Of a stretch of 64,000 bases of DNA, positions 27,001 to 42,000 are shown piece by piece (within the stretch, counting starts at the first letter, position 1; each line of letters begins with the position of its first letter). The position numbers and the translations under genes are program-made. Location of the stretch: positions 123,070,001 through 123,134,000 of the forward strand of contig OZ296648.1 of the NCBI GenBank assembly GCA_965655095.1. Reading direction: 5' to 3'. Origin of the DNA: Haplodiscus bocki (lineage: Eukaryota). The notes under the pieces are model-generated. The model made no database searches and had not been told where the DNA came from. It was given only the letters and a program-made list of their open reading frames with translations.

Positions 27001-30000
27001 GATTTTTTGCAGCCTCGTGGATAGCAGCTTCAATGCCACCTTCTTGTCCACCGCAGGTTTGTCGGACGCCAACTTCTTCGAACACATCCGCCTTCAGAAG
27101 CTTCGAAAAAGTTTTACCGATGACTCTTCGTAGAACTTCTTCTATGCCAATCGGTCTGATACCACTTAGCCCACCCTTGTCCAAACCAATAGTTCTGCAT
27201 GCTTTCCTCCACTAAGGCTTTCTGTTACAGTGCATGACACCCCTTCAACTGGATTTCAAATATTAGGACGCACACATGTAATCTATTTCAGTCATGTACC
27301 AGAAAACACAAATCTGAAACTTCACAATTTTGACATTCATAGCAGATCACCGAGTGGTCGTTCATCCACATGTCTCCAGTCGACAATTCCATGACCGAGA
27401 ATTGGGAGCGCTGAATTTCATACAATAAAACTCAACAAACTTGACATTTACAGCGGATAATCGATTGGTGGACTGCGATATTGCGGTAGTAAGCTTTTCT
27501 TCGGATATTTTCATTTTCAATAATCTACTTTCTGTTACCGTCAAAGAAAGTTGAGTTCATGAATTTGAGAAAAGATACGACTTTCAATTTATTGCGTTGT
27601 GTTCGATAGATGATTTACAAAGTTTCGCCGAAATAGTTTTTCTATTTTGATCTGTCTTTGAGAAAAAGGCAGTTTTTATTATGGTTATAATTGAGATCTT
27701 CAGAGATTTGATATGACAAAACTGGCCAAACTGGTCAAAATGCAACATGTTAGAGACGGTTAATCAAGAGTGCTGAAATTTAGAACTCTTCAGATTTGGC
27801 GTTCATGGCCGTTAAACAAAAGCCACGGAAAAAAACATTGCTCACTAATACAAACGGGGAATTTTGTAACATTGTAACAAAAAACAACGGAAAAAATCGA
27901 TTGCAAAGGAAGCAAAAACATCGTTAAAACAATGTACAGAACACGCCAATGCCCATGAGAACACATAAACCACAAAATGCCAATAATTAACAAGGAGGAT
28001 GGCGAAATACGAAAAAAACATACTATATTTTTGTGTCCAAAGTTAAAAAAAAATTCATTTTTTCAGCCAAAACTAAGTGAAAACGAGTTGCCTATTCACC
28101 TGTAGCACCGTTATCCTGAAAGAAGAGTGGGGTGAAGCTACCGTTTTCAATTTCACATTCACGTTCATTGTATTGGGTCTTTTCAACTGTTTCGTTTTGC
28201 TTCAGGATTGTTTTCTGGGTATTATTCACGTGACTGAGACAGTTTGGGTCGGTTACTCAGAGATCAAAAGAGATTGCTGCCGAAGTCGCCAGAAACTTCC
28301 GGCATGATAAATCGAGCATCGCATTTTCATCTGAATCAGCTGAGCGAGAGAGTATTTGATTTTAAAGGTATCAGAGCCGGTTCAATTTCGACTTCTTTGC
28401 ATACAATCGATAGTAAGTCCGCTTCAAGATCTCGTATCGCGTTATGTCCGGGGATTAAAAATCCTCAAAGTTGATATGTCATTGCGTGATCATTGCTGTT
28501 TTCCTTCCTGCATTCACATAGGCGAGGCATATCTTTAATACCCGACCCATATGTCGAATGTATTGCATCTTCGAACAATACTCTGTTGGAGTCCATTCCT
28601 TGGTGTTTGGATGGTAATGATGTCAACCATGTTGAGATTCCTTTTGCTTGCAATAGTTCTATGTGCCTCTGCATCTTATCGTCAGTTTTTCCTAGTACTT
28701 CCTAGTAGGACATTTTATGGTTGATTGCAGTATGTTTCTTCAATATCCCGTCAGGATCAGATTGAAAAGCTTCCCCAGATATGATCGCTTCCTTTACTTC
28801 TTCAGCTAGAAAATCGGGAGAGCGGAATTGTTGTCGGCATTGATGAGACGGATATGAAGTCACGAGTCCTCCATACCCAAGAGGTAGGGCAGTAATATCT
28901 CTCCGTATCAGAAACGTTTTGACATCCGATGACAACTTCCACGAAGCTACGAAAATCTTCTTCTAAGGAATTCATCAAATCACTCACATTGTTAAGGGGT
29001 CTCAGGAAATAGTTCCAACTGTTGTGGAGAATTCGAGTGTACGCTATATGGCAGAGATAGGGCTCGGATCGCGCTGCTTTTGATAATGCGCAAACTTGAT
29101 TTCTCCAGGTTTTGATTGTGTCATCTGCGAACATCCTGCAATATTCTATTTCACCTACAACGGCTCCCAAACGTTTCCGTGCTATTTCAGTGATGTTCAT
29201 TGCGGTGTTTTGGAAAAATCTGTTAGCTTCAGTTTTTATTTCTTCAGATTCGCAGATCAGCCAACATTTATATGCCTTGGGGAAGTAACCATACTTTGGG
29301 TCAAAGCAGTTTATCTGGTCCCACCATTTTTTAACTCTCAAAAGTTCACCCAGGCACGCAGCGTCATCCGCAAGCCATTCCTAAACTATAGTCTCTGCTT
29401 CGAGTCTTTCCATCAAGGCTTTCATACCGATAGCGTAATAGGCCATAGCAATGTTGTCCCCTTGTGTAGTGCCTTCTTGCAAATCAAGTTCCAGGCCTTT
29501 CCTCGTGAACAGGCGTCCTGCTTCCTGGTACGTGATCATCAGATCGCAATGGACTTTGGGACAGATGAATTGAGCGTTGTGTAGGGATCTTTCTCGGCTC
29601 ATGCTATTGAAAGCGTTGGATGTGTCTGTCTGAAGCATGCATTCCGTTGAAGGTAAACCATAGATTTTTTGCAGCCTCGTGGATAGCAGCTTCAATGCCA
29701 CCTTCTTGTCCACCGCAGGTTTGTCGGACGTCAACTTCTTCGAACACATCCGCCTTCAGAAGCTTAGAAGAAGTTTTACCGATGACTCTTCGTAGAACTT
29801 CTTCTATGCCAATCGGTCTGACAGCACTTAGCCCACCCTTGTCCAAACCAATAGTTCTGCATGCTTTCCTCCACTAAGGCTTTCTGTTACAGTGCATGAC
29901 ACCCCTTTAACTGGATTTCTAATATTAGGACGCACACATGTAATCTATTTCAGTCAGGTACCAGAAAACACAAATCTGAAACTTCACAATTTTGACATTC

Positions 30001-33000
30001 ATAGCAGATCACCGAGTGGTCGTTCATCCACATGTCTCAAGTCGACAATTCCATGACCGAGAATTCGGAGCGCAGACTTTCATACAATAAAACTCAACAA
30101 ACTTGACATTTACAGCGGATAATCGATTGGTGGACTGCGATATTGCGGTAGTAAGCTTTTCTTCGGATATTTTCATTTTCAATAATCTACTTTCTGTTAC
30201 CGTCAAAGAAAGTTGAGTTCATGAATTTGAGAAAAGATACGACTTTCAATTTATTGCGTTGTGTTCGATAGATGATTTAGAAAGTTTCGCCGAAATAGTT
30301 TTTCTATTTTGATCTGTCTTTGAGAAAAAGGTAGTTTTTATTAAGGTTATAATTGAGATTTGATATGACAAAACTGGTCAAACTGGTCAAAATGCAACAT
30401 GTTAGAGACGGTTAATCAAGAGTGCTGAAATTTAGAACTCTTCAGATTTGGCGTTCATGGCCGTTAAACAAGAGCCACGGAAAAAAAACAATGCTCACTA
30501 ATACAAACGAGGAATTTTGTAACATTGTAACAAAAAACAACGGAAAAATCGATTGCAAAGGAAGCAAAAACATCGTTAAAACAATGTACAGAACACGCCA
30601 ATGCCCATGAGAACACATAAACCACAAAATGCCAATAATTAACAAGGTGGGTCGCGAAATCCGAAAAAAAACATACTATATTTTTGTGTCCAAAGTTAAA
30701 AAAAATTCATTTTTTCAGCCAAAACTAAGTGAAAACGAGTTGCCTATTCACCTGTAGCACCGATATCCTGAAAGAAGAGTGGGGTGAACCTAGCGTTTTC
30801 AATTTCACAATCACGTTCAATGTAATGGGTCTTTTCAATTGTTTCGTTTTGTTTCAGGATTGTTTTCTGGGTATTATTCACGTGACTGAGACAGTTTGGG
30901 TGGGTTACTCAGACATCAAAAGAGATTTCTGCCGAAGTCGCCAGAAACTTCCGGCATGATAAATCGAGCATCGCATTCTCATCTTAATCAGCTGAGCGAG
31001 AGAGTATTTGATTTTAAAGGTATCAGAGCCGGTTCAATTTCGACTTCTTTGCATACAATCGATAGTAAGTCCGCTTCAAGATCTCGTATCGCGTTATGTC
31101 CGGGGATTAAAAATCCTCAAAGTTGATATGTCATTGCGTGATCATTGCTGTTTTCCTTCCTGCATTCACATAGGCGAGGCATATCTTTAACACCCGACCC
31201 ATATGTCAAACGTATTGCATCTTCGAACAATACTCTGTTGGAGTCCATTCCTTGGTGTTTGGATGGTAATGATGTCAACCATGTTGAGATTCCTTTTGCT
31301 TGCAATAGTTCTATGTGCCTCTGCATCTTATCGTCAGTTTTTCCTAGTACTTCCTAGTAGGACATTTTATGGTTGATTGCAGTATGTTTCTTCAATATCC
31401 CGTCAGGATCAGATTGAAAAGCTTCCCCAGATATGATCGCTTCCTTTACTTCTTCAGCTAGAAAATCGGGAGAGCGGAATTGTTGTCGGCATTGATGAGA
31501 CGGATATGAAGTCACGAGTCCTCCATACCCAAGAGGTAGGGCAGTAATATCTCTCCGTATCAGAAACGTTTTGACGTCCGATGACAACTTCCACGAAGCT
31601 ACGAAAATCTTCTTCTAAGGAATTCATCAAATCACTCACATTGTCAAGGGGTCTCAGGAAATAGTTCCAACTGTTCTGGAAAATTCGAGTGTACGCTATA
31701 TGGCAGAGATAGGGCTCGGATCGCGCTGCTTTTGATAATGCGCAAACTTGATTTCTCCAGGTTTTGATTGTGTCATCTGCGAACATCCTGCAATATTCTA
31801 TTTCACCTACAACGGCTCCCAAACGTTTCCGTGCGATTTCAGTGATGTTCATTGCGGTGTTTTGGAAAAATCTGTTAGCTTCAGTTTTTATTTCTTCAGA
31901 TTCGCAGATCAGCCAACATTTATATGCCTTGGGGAAGTAACCATACTTTGGGTCAAAGCAGTTTATCTGGTCCCACCATTTTTTAACTCTCGAAAGTTCA
32001 CCCAGGCACGCAGCGTCATCCGCAAGCCATTCCTAAACTATAGTCTCTGCTTCGAGTCTTTCCATCAAGGCTTTCATACCGATAGCGTAATAGGCCATAG
32101 CAAAGTTGTCCCCTTGTGTAGTGCCTTCTTGCAAATCAAGTTCCAGGCCTTTCCTCGTGAACAGGCGTCCTGCTTCCTGGTACGTGATCATCAGATCGCA
32201 ATGGACTTTGGGACAGATGAATTGAGCGTTGTGTAGGGATCTTTCTCGGGTCATGCTATTGAAAGCGTTGGATGTGTCTGTCTGAAGCATGCATTCCGTT
32301 GAAGGTAAACCATAGATTTTTTGCAGCCTCGTGGATAGCAGCTTCAATGCCACCTTCTTGTCCACCGCAGGTTTGTCGGACGCCAACTTCTTCGAACACA
32401 TCCGCCTTCAGAAGCTTCGAAAAAGTTTTACCGATGACTCTTCGTAGAACTTCTTCTATGCCAATCGGTCTGACAGCACTTAGCCCACCCTTGTCCAAAC
32501 CAATAGTTCTGCATGCTTTCCTCCACTAAGGCTTTCTGTTACAGTGCATGACACCCCTTTAACTGGATTTCAAATATTAGGACGCACACATGTAATCTAT
32601 TTCAGTCAGGTACCAGAAAACACAAATCTGAAACTTCACAATTTTGACATTCATAGCAGATCACCGAGTGGTCGTTCATCCACATGTCTCAAGTCGACAA
32701 TTCCATGACCGAGAATTCGGAGCGCAGACTTTCATACAATAAAACTCAACAAACTTGACATTTACAGCGGATAATCGATTGGTGGACTGCGATATTGCGG
32801 TAGTAAGCTTTTCTTCGGATATTTTCATTTTCAATAATCTACTTTCTGTTACCGTCAAAGAAAGTTGAGTTCATGAATTTGAGAAAAGATACGACTTTCA
32901 ATTTATTGCGTTGTGTTCGAAAGATGATTTAGAAAGTTTCGCCGAAATAGTTTTTCTATTTTGATCTGTCTTTGAGAAAAAGGTAGTTTTTATTAAGGTT

Positions 33001-36000
33001 ATAATTGAGATCTTAGAGATTTGATATGACAAAACTGGTCAAACTGGTCAAAATACAACATGTTAGAGACGGTTAATCAAGAGTGCTGAAAAGTAGAACT
33101 CTTCAGATTTGGCGTTCATGGCCGTTGAACAAAAGCCACGGAAAAAAAGCATTGCTCACTAATACAAACGAGGAATTTTGTAACATTGTAACGGAAACAA
33201 CGGAAAAAATCGATTGCAAAGGAAGCAAAAACATCGTTAAAACAATGTACAGAACACGCCAATGCCCATGAGAACACATAAACCACAAAATGCCAAAAAT
33301 TAACAAGGTGGGTCGCGAAATCCGAAAAAAAAACATACTATATTTTTGTGTCCAATATTAAAAAAAAAATTCATTTTTTCAGCCAAAACTAAGTGAAAAC
33401 GAGTTGCCTCTTCACCTGTAGCACCGTTATTCTGAAAGAAGAGTGGGGTGAACCTAGCGTTTTCAATTTCACAATCACGTTCAATTTAATGGGTCTTTTC
33501 AATTGTTTCGTTTTGTTTCAGGATTGTTTTCTGGGTATTATTCACGTGACTGAGACAGTTTGGGTGGGTTACTCAGGCAGCAAAAGAGATTTCTGCAGAA
33601 GTCGCCAGAAACTCCGGCATGATAAATCGAGCATCGCATTTTCATCTGAACCAGCTGTGCCAGAGAGAATATTTGATTTTAAAGGTATCAGAGCCGGTTC
33701 AATTTCGACTTCTTTGCATACAATCGATAGTAAGTCCGCTTCAAGATCTCGTATCGCGTAATGTCCGGGGATTACAAATCCCCAAAGTTGATATGTCATT
33801 GCGTGATCATTGCTGTTTTCCTTCCTGCATTCACATAGGCGAGGCATATCTTTAATACCCGACCCATATGTCAAATGTATTGCATCTTCGAACAATACTC
33901 TGTTGGAGTCCATTCCTTGTTGTTTGGATGGTAATGATGTCAACCATGTTGAGATTCCTTTTGCTTGCAATAGTTCTATGTGCCTCTGCATTTTATCGTC
34001 AGTTTTTCCTAGTACTTCCTAGTAGGACAATTTGTGGTTGATTGCAGTATGTTTCTTCAATATCCCGTCAGGATCAGATTGAAAAGCTTCTCCAGATATC
34101 ATCGCTTCCTTTACTTCTTCAGTTAGAAAATCGGGAGAGCGTAATTGTTGTCGGCATTGATGAGACGGATATGAAGTCACGAGTCCTCCATACCCAAGAG
34201 GTAGGGCAGTAATATCTCTCCGTATCAGAAACGTTTTGACGTCCGATGACAACTTCCACGAAGCTACGAAAATCTTCTTCTAAGGAAATCATCAAATCAC
34301 TCACATAGTCAAGGGGTCTCAGGAAATAGTTCCAACTGTTCTGGAGAATTCGAGTGTACGCTATATGGCAGAGATAGGGCTCGGATCGCGCTCCTTTTGA
34401 TAATGCGCAAACTTGATTTCTCCAGGTTTTGATTGTGTCATCTGCGAACATCCTGCAATATTCTATTTCACCTACAACGGCTCCCAAACGTTTCCGTGCG
34501 ATTTCAGTGATGTTCATTGCGGTGTTTTGGAAAAATCTGTTAGCTTCAGTTTTTATTTCTTCAGATTCGCAGATCAGCCAACATTTATATGCCTTGGGGA
34601 AGTAACCATACTTTGGGTCAAAGCAGTTTATCTGGTCCCACCATTTTTTAACTCTCAAAAGTTCACCCAGGCACGCAGCGTCATCCGCAAGCCATTCCTA
34701 AACTATAGTCTCTGCTTCGAGTCTTTCCATCAAGGCTTTCATACCGATAGCGTAATAGGCCATAGCAAAGTTGTCCCCTTGTGTAGTGCCTTCTTGCAAA
34801 TCAAGTTCCAGGCCTTTCCTCGTGAACAGGCGTCCTGCTTCCTGGTACGTGATCATCAGATCGCAATGGACTTTGGGACAGATGAATTGAGCGTTGTGTA
34901 GGGATCTTTCTCGGGTCATGCTATTGAAAGCGTTGGATGTGTCTGTCTGAAGCATGCATTCCGTTGAAGGTAAACCATAGATTTTTTGCAGCCTCGTGGA
35001 TAGCAGCTTCAATGCCACCTTCTTGTCCACCGCAGGTTTGTCGGACGCCAACTTCTTCGAACACATCCGCCTTCAGAAGCTTCGAAAAAGTTTTACCGAT
35101 GACTCTTCGTAGAACTTCTTCTATGCCAATCGGTCTGACAGCACTTAGCCCACCCTTGTCCAAACCAATAGTTCTGCATGCTTTCCTCCACTAAGGCTTT
35201 CTGTTACAGTGCATGACACCCCTTTAACTGGATTTCAAATATTAGGACGCACACATGTAATCTATTTCAGTCAGGTACCAGAAAACACAAATCTGAAACT
35301 TCACAATTTTGACATTCATAGCAGATCACCGAGTGGTCGTTCATCCACATGTCTCAAGTCGACAATTCCATGACCGAGAATTCGGAGCGCAGACTTTCAT
35401 ACAATAAAACTCAACAAACTTGACATTTACAGCGGATAATCGATTGGTGGACTGCGATATTGCGGTAGTAAGCTTTTCTTCGGATATTTTCATTTTCAAT
35501 TATCTACTTTCTGTTACCGTCAAAGAAAGTTGAGTTCATGAATTTGAGAAAAGATACGACTTTCAATTTATTGCGTTGTGTTCGATAGATGATATAGAAA
35601 GTTTCGCCGAAATAGTTTTTCTATTTTGATCTGTCTTTGAGAAAAAGGTAGTTTTTATTATGGTTATAATTGAGATCTCAGAGATTTGATATGACAAGAC
35701 TGGTCAAACTGGTCAAAATGCAACATGTTAGAGACGGTTAATCAATAGTGCTGAAAATTAGAACTCTTCAGATTTGGCGTTCATGGCCGTTAAACAAAAG
35801 CCACGGAAAAAAACATTGCTCACTAATAAAGGAGGAATTTTGTAACATTGTAACAAAAAACAACGGAAAAAATCGATTGCAAAGGAAGCAAAAACATCGT
35901 TAAAACAATGTACAGAACACGCCAATGCCCGTGAGAACACATAAACCACAAAATGCCAACATTTAACAAGGTGGATCGCGAAATCCGAAAAAAACATACC

Positions 36001-39000
36001 ATATTTTTGTGTCCAAAATTAAAAAACAAATTCATTTTTTCAGCCAAAACTAAGTGAAAACGAGTTGCCTCTTCACCTGTAGCACCGTTATTCTGAAAGA
36101 AAATGGGGTGAACCTAGCGTTTTCAATTTCACAATTACGTTCAATGTAATGGGTCTTTTCAATTGTTTTGTTTTGTTTTCTGGGTATTATTCACGTGACT
36201 GAGACAGTTTGGGTGGGTTACTCAGACAGCAAAAGAGATTTCTGCAGAAGTCGCCAGAAACTCCGGCATGATAAATCGAGCATCGCATTTTCCTCCTAAT
36301 CAGCTGTGCCAGAGAGAATATTTGATTTTAAAGGTATCAGAGCCGGTTCAATTTCGACTTCTTTGCATACAATCGATAGTAAGTCCGCTTCAAGATCTCG
36401 TATCGCGTAATGTCCGGGGATTACAAATCCCCAAAGTTGATATGTCATTGCGTGATCATTGCTGTTTTCCTTCCTGCATTCACATAGGCGAGGCATATCT
36501 TTAATACCCGACCCATATGTCAAATGTATTGCATCTTCGAACAATACTCTGTTGGAGTCCATTCCTTGTTGTTTGGATGGTAATGATGTCAACCATGTTG
36601 AGATTCCTTTTGCTTGCAATAGTTCTATGTGCCTCTGCATTTTATCGTCAGTTTTTCCTAGTACGTCCTAGTAGGACAATTTCTGGTTGATTGCAGTATG
36701 TTTCTTCAATATCCCGTCAGGATCAGATTGAAAAGCTTCTCCAGATATCATCGCTTCCTTTACTTCTTCAGTTAGAAAATCGGGAGAGCGTAATTGTTGT
36801 CGGCATTGATGAGACGGATATGAAGTCACGAGTCCTCCATACCCAAGAGGTAGGGCAGTAATATCTCTCCGTATCAGAAACGTTTTGACGTCCGATGACA
36901 ACTTCCACGAAGCTACGAAAATCTTCTTCTAAGGAATTCATCAAATCACTCACATAGTCAAGGGGTCTCAGGAAATAGTTCCAACTGTTCTGGAGAATTC
37001 GAGTGTACGCTATATGGCAGAGATAGGGCTCGGATCGCGCTCCTTTTGATAATGCGCAAACTTGATTTCTCCAGGTTTTGATTGTGTCATCTGCGAACAT
37101 CCTGCAATATTCTATTTCACCTACAACGGCTCCCAAACGTTTCCGTGCGATTTCAGTGATGTTCATTGCGGTGTTTTGGAAAAATCTGTTAGCTTCAGTT
37201 TTTATTTCTTCAGATTCGCAGATCAGCCAACATTTATATGCCTTGGGAAAGTAACCATACTTTGGGTCAAAGCAGTTTATCTGGTCCCACCATTTCTTAA
37301 CTCTCAAAAGTTCACCCAGGCACGCAGCGTCATCCGCAAACCATTCCTATACTATAGTCTCTGCTTCGAGTCTTTCCAACAAGGCTTTCATACCGATAGC
37401 GTAATGGGCCAAAGCAATGTTGTCCCCTTGTGTAGTGCCTTCTTGCAAATCAAGTTCCATGCCTTTCCTCGTGAACAGGCGTACTGCTTCCTGGTACGTG
37501 ATCATTAGATCGCAATGGACTTTGGGACAGATGAATTGAGCGTTGTGTAGGGATCTTTCTCGGCTCATGCTATTGAAAGCGTTGGATGTGTCTGTCTGAA
37601 GCATGCAATCCCTTGAAGGTAAACCATAGATTTTTTGCAGCCTTGTGGATAGCAGCTTCAATACCACCTTCTTGTCCACGGCAGGTTTGTCGGACGCCAA
37701 CTTCTTCGAACACATCCGCCTTCAGAAGCTTCGAAAAAGTTTTACCGATGACTCTTCGTAGAGCTTCTTCTATGCCAATCGGTCAATCAGCACTAAGCCC
37801 ACCCTTGTCCAAACCAATAGTTCTGCATGCTTTCCTCCACTAAGACTTTCTGTTACAGTGCATGACACCCCTTTAACTGAATTTCAAATATTAGGACGCA
37901 CACATGTAATCTATTTCAGTCAGGTACCAGAAAACACAAATCTGAAACTTCACAATTTTGACATTCATAGCAGATCACCGAGTGGTCGTTCATCCACATG
38001 TCTCAAGTCGACAATTCCATGACCGAGAATTCGGAGCGCTGACTTTCATACAATAAAACTCAACAAACTTGACATTTACAGCGGATAATCGATTGGTGGA
38101 CTGCGATATTGCGGTAGTAAGCTTTTCTTCGGATATTTTCATTTTCAATAATCTACTTTCTGTTACCGTCAAAGAAAGTTGAGTTCATGAATTTGAGAAA
38201 AGATACGACTTTCAATTTATTGCGTTGTGTTCGATAGATGATTTAGAAAGTTTCGCCGAAATAGTTTTTCTATTTTGATCTGTCTTTGAGAAAAAGGTAG
38301 TTTTTATTATGGTTATAATTGAGATCTTAGAGATTTGATATGACAAAACTGGTCAAACTGGTCAAAATGCAACATGTTAGAGACGGTTAATCAGTAGTGC
38401 TGAAATTTAGAACTCTTCAGATTTGGCGTTCATGGCCGTTAAACAAAAGCCACGGAAAAAAACATTGCTCACTAATACAAACGAGGAACTTTGTAACATT
38501 GTAACAAAAAACAACGGAAAAAATCGATTGCAAAGGAAGCAAAAACATCGTTAAAACAATGTACAGAACACGCCAATGCCCATGAGAACACATAAACCAC
38601 AAAATGCCAATATTTAACAAGGTGGATTGCGAAATCCGAAAAAAAACATACTATATTTTTGTGTCCACAATTACAAAAAAAAATTCATTTTTTCAGCCAA
38701 AACTAAGTGAAAACGAGTTGCCTCTTCACCTGTAGCACCGTTATTCTGAAAGAAGAGTGGGGTGAACCTAGCGTTTTCAATTTCACAATCACCTTCAATG
38801 TAATGGGTCTTTTCAATTGTTTCGATTTGTTTCAGGATTGTTTTCTGGGTATTATTCACGTGACTGAGACAGTTTGGGTGGGTTACTCAGACAGCAAAAG
38901 AGATTTCTGCAGAAGTCGCCAGAAACTCCGGCATGATAAATCGAGCATCGCATTTTCATCTGAATCAGCTGTGCGAGAGAGAATATTTGATTTTAAAGGT

Positions 39001-42000
39001 ATCAGAGCCGGTTCAATTTCGACTTCTTTGCATACAATCGATAGTAAGTCCGCTTCAAGATCTCGTACCGCGTTATGTCCGGGGATTACAAATCCTCAAA
39101 GTTGATATGTCATTGCGTGATCATTGCTGTTTTCCTTCCTGCATTCACATAGGCGAGGCATATCTTTAATACCCGACCCATATGTCAAATGTATTGCATC
39201 TTCGAACAATACTCTGTTGGAGTCCATTCCTTGTTTGGATGGTAATGATGTCAACCATTTTGAGATTCCTTTTGCTTGCAACAGTTCTATGTGCCTCTGC
39301 ATTTTATCGTCAGATTTTCCCAGTACTTCCTAGTAGGACAATTTCTGATTGATTGCAGTATGTTTCTTCAATATCCCGTCAGGATCAGATTGAAAAGCTT
39401 CTCCAGATATCATCGCTTCCTTTACTTCTTCAGTTAGAAAATCGGGAGAGCGTAATTGTTGTCGGCATTGATGAGACGGATATGAAGTCACGAGTCCTCC
39501 ATACCCAAGAGGTAGGGCAGTAATATCTCTCCGTATCAGAAACGTTTTGACGTCCGATGACAACTTCCACGAAGCTACGAAAATCTTCTTCTAAGGAATT
39601 CATCAAATCACTCACATTGTCAAGGGGTCTCAGGAAAAAGTTCCAACTGTTCTGGAGAATTCGAGTGTACGCTATATGGCAGAGATAGGGCTCGGATCGC
39701 GCTGCTTTTGATAATGCGCAAACTTGATTTCTCCAGGTTTTGATTTTGTCATCTGCGAACATCCTGCAATATTCTATTTCACCTACAACGGCTCCCAAAC
39801 GTTTCCGTGCGATTTCAGAGATGTTCATTGCGGTGTTTTGGAAAAATCTGTTAGCTTCAGTTTTTATTTCTTCAGATTCGCTGATCAGCCAACATTTATA
39901 TGCCTTGGGAAAGTAACCATAATTTGGGTCAAAGCAGTTTATCTGGTCCCACCATTTCTTAACTCTCAAAAGTTCACCCAGGCACGCAGCGTCATCCGCA
40001 AACCATTCCTATACTATAGTCTCTGCTTCGAGTCTTTCCACCAAGGCTTTCATACCGATAGCATAATAGGCCAAAGCAATGTTGTCCACTTGTGTAGTGC
40101 CTTCTTGCAAATCAAATTCCATGCCTTTCCTCGTGAACAGGCGTCCTGCTTCCTGGTACGTGATCATTAGATCGCAATGGACTTTGGGACAGATGAATTG
40201 AGCGTTGTGTAGGGATCTTTCTCGGCTCATGCTATTGAAAGCGTTGGATGTGTCTGTCTGAAGCATGCATTCCGTTGAAGGTAAACCATAGATTTTTTGC
40301 AGCCTCGTGGATAGCAGCTTCAATGCCACCTTCTTGTCCACCGCAGGATTGTCGGACGCCAACTTCTTCGAACACATCCGCCTTCAGAAGCTTCGAAAAA
40401 GTTTTACCGATTACTCTTCGTAGAACTTCTTCTATGCCAATCGGTCAATCAGCACTAAGCCCACCCTTGTCCAAACCAATAGTTCTGCATGCTTTCCTCC
40501 ACTAAGGCTTTCTGTTACAGTGCATGACACCCCTTTAACTGGATTTCAATTATTAGGACGCACACATGTAATCTATTTCAGTCAGGTACCAGAAAACACA
40601 AATCTGAAACTTCACAATTTTGACATTCATAGCAGATCACCGAGTGGTCGTTCATCCACATGTCTCAAGTCGACAATTCCATGACCGAGAATTCGGAGCG
40701 CTGACTTTCATACAATAAAACTCAACAAACTTGACATTTACAGCGGATAATCGATTGGTGGACTGCGATATTGCGGTAGTAAGCTTTTCTTCGGATATTT
40801 TCATTTTCAATAATCTACTTTCTGTTACCGTCAAAGAAAGTTGAGTTCATGAATTTGAGAAAAGATACGACTTTCAATTTATTGCGTTGTGTTCGATAGA
40901 TGATTTAGAAAGTTTCGCCGAAATAGTTTTTCTATTTTGATCTGTCTTTGAGAAAAAGGTAGTTTTTATTATGGTTATAATTGAGATCTTAGAGATTTGA
41001 TATGACAAAACTGGTCAAACTGGTCAAAATGCAACATGTTAGAGACGGTTAATCAGTAGTGCTGAAATTTAGAACTCTTCAGATTTGGCGTTCATGGCCG
41101 TTAAACAAAAGCCACGGAAAAAAACATTGCTCACTAATACAAACGAGGAACTTTGTAACATTGTAACAAAAAACAACGGAAAAAATCGATTGCAAAGGAA
41201 GCAAAAACATCGTTAAAACAATGTACAGAACACGCCAATGCCCATGAGAACACATAAACCACAAAATGCCAATATTTAACAAGGTGGATTGCGAAATCCG
41301 AAAAAAAACATACTATATTTTTGTGTCCACAATTACAAAAAAAAATTCATTTTTTCAGCCAAAACTAAGTGAAAACGAGTTGCCTCTTCACCTGTAGCAC
41401 CGTTATTCTGAAAGAAGAGTGGGGTGAACCTAGCGTTTTCAGTTTCACAATCATGTTCAATGTAATGGGTCTTTTCAATTGTTTCGTTTTGTTTCAGGAT
41501 TGTTTTCTGGGTATTATTCACGTGACTGAGACAGTTTGGGTGGGTTACTCAGACAGCAAAAGAGATTTCTGCAGAAGTCGGCAGAAACTCCGGCATGATA
41601 AATCGAGCATCGCATTTTCATCTGAATCAGCTGTGCGAGAGAGAATATTTGATTTTAAAGGTATCAGAGCCGGTTCAATTTCGACTTCTTTGCATACAAT
41701 CGATAGTAAGTCCGCTTCAAGATCTCGTATCGCGTTATGTCCGGGGATTACAAATCCTCAAAGTTGATATGTCATTGCGTGATCATTGCTGGTTTTCTTC
41801 CTGCATTCACATAGGCGAGGCATATCTTTAATACCCGACCCATATGTCAAATGTATTGCATCTTCGAACAATACTGTGTTGGAGTCCATTCCTTGTTGTT
41901 TGGATGGTAATGATGTCAACCATGTTGAGATTCCTTTTGCTTGCAATAGTTCTATGTGCCTCTGCATTTTATCGTCAGTTTTTCCTAGTACTTCCTAGTA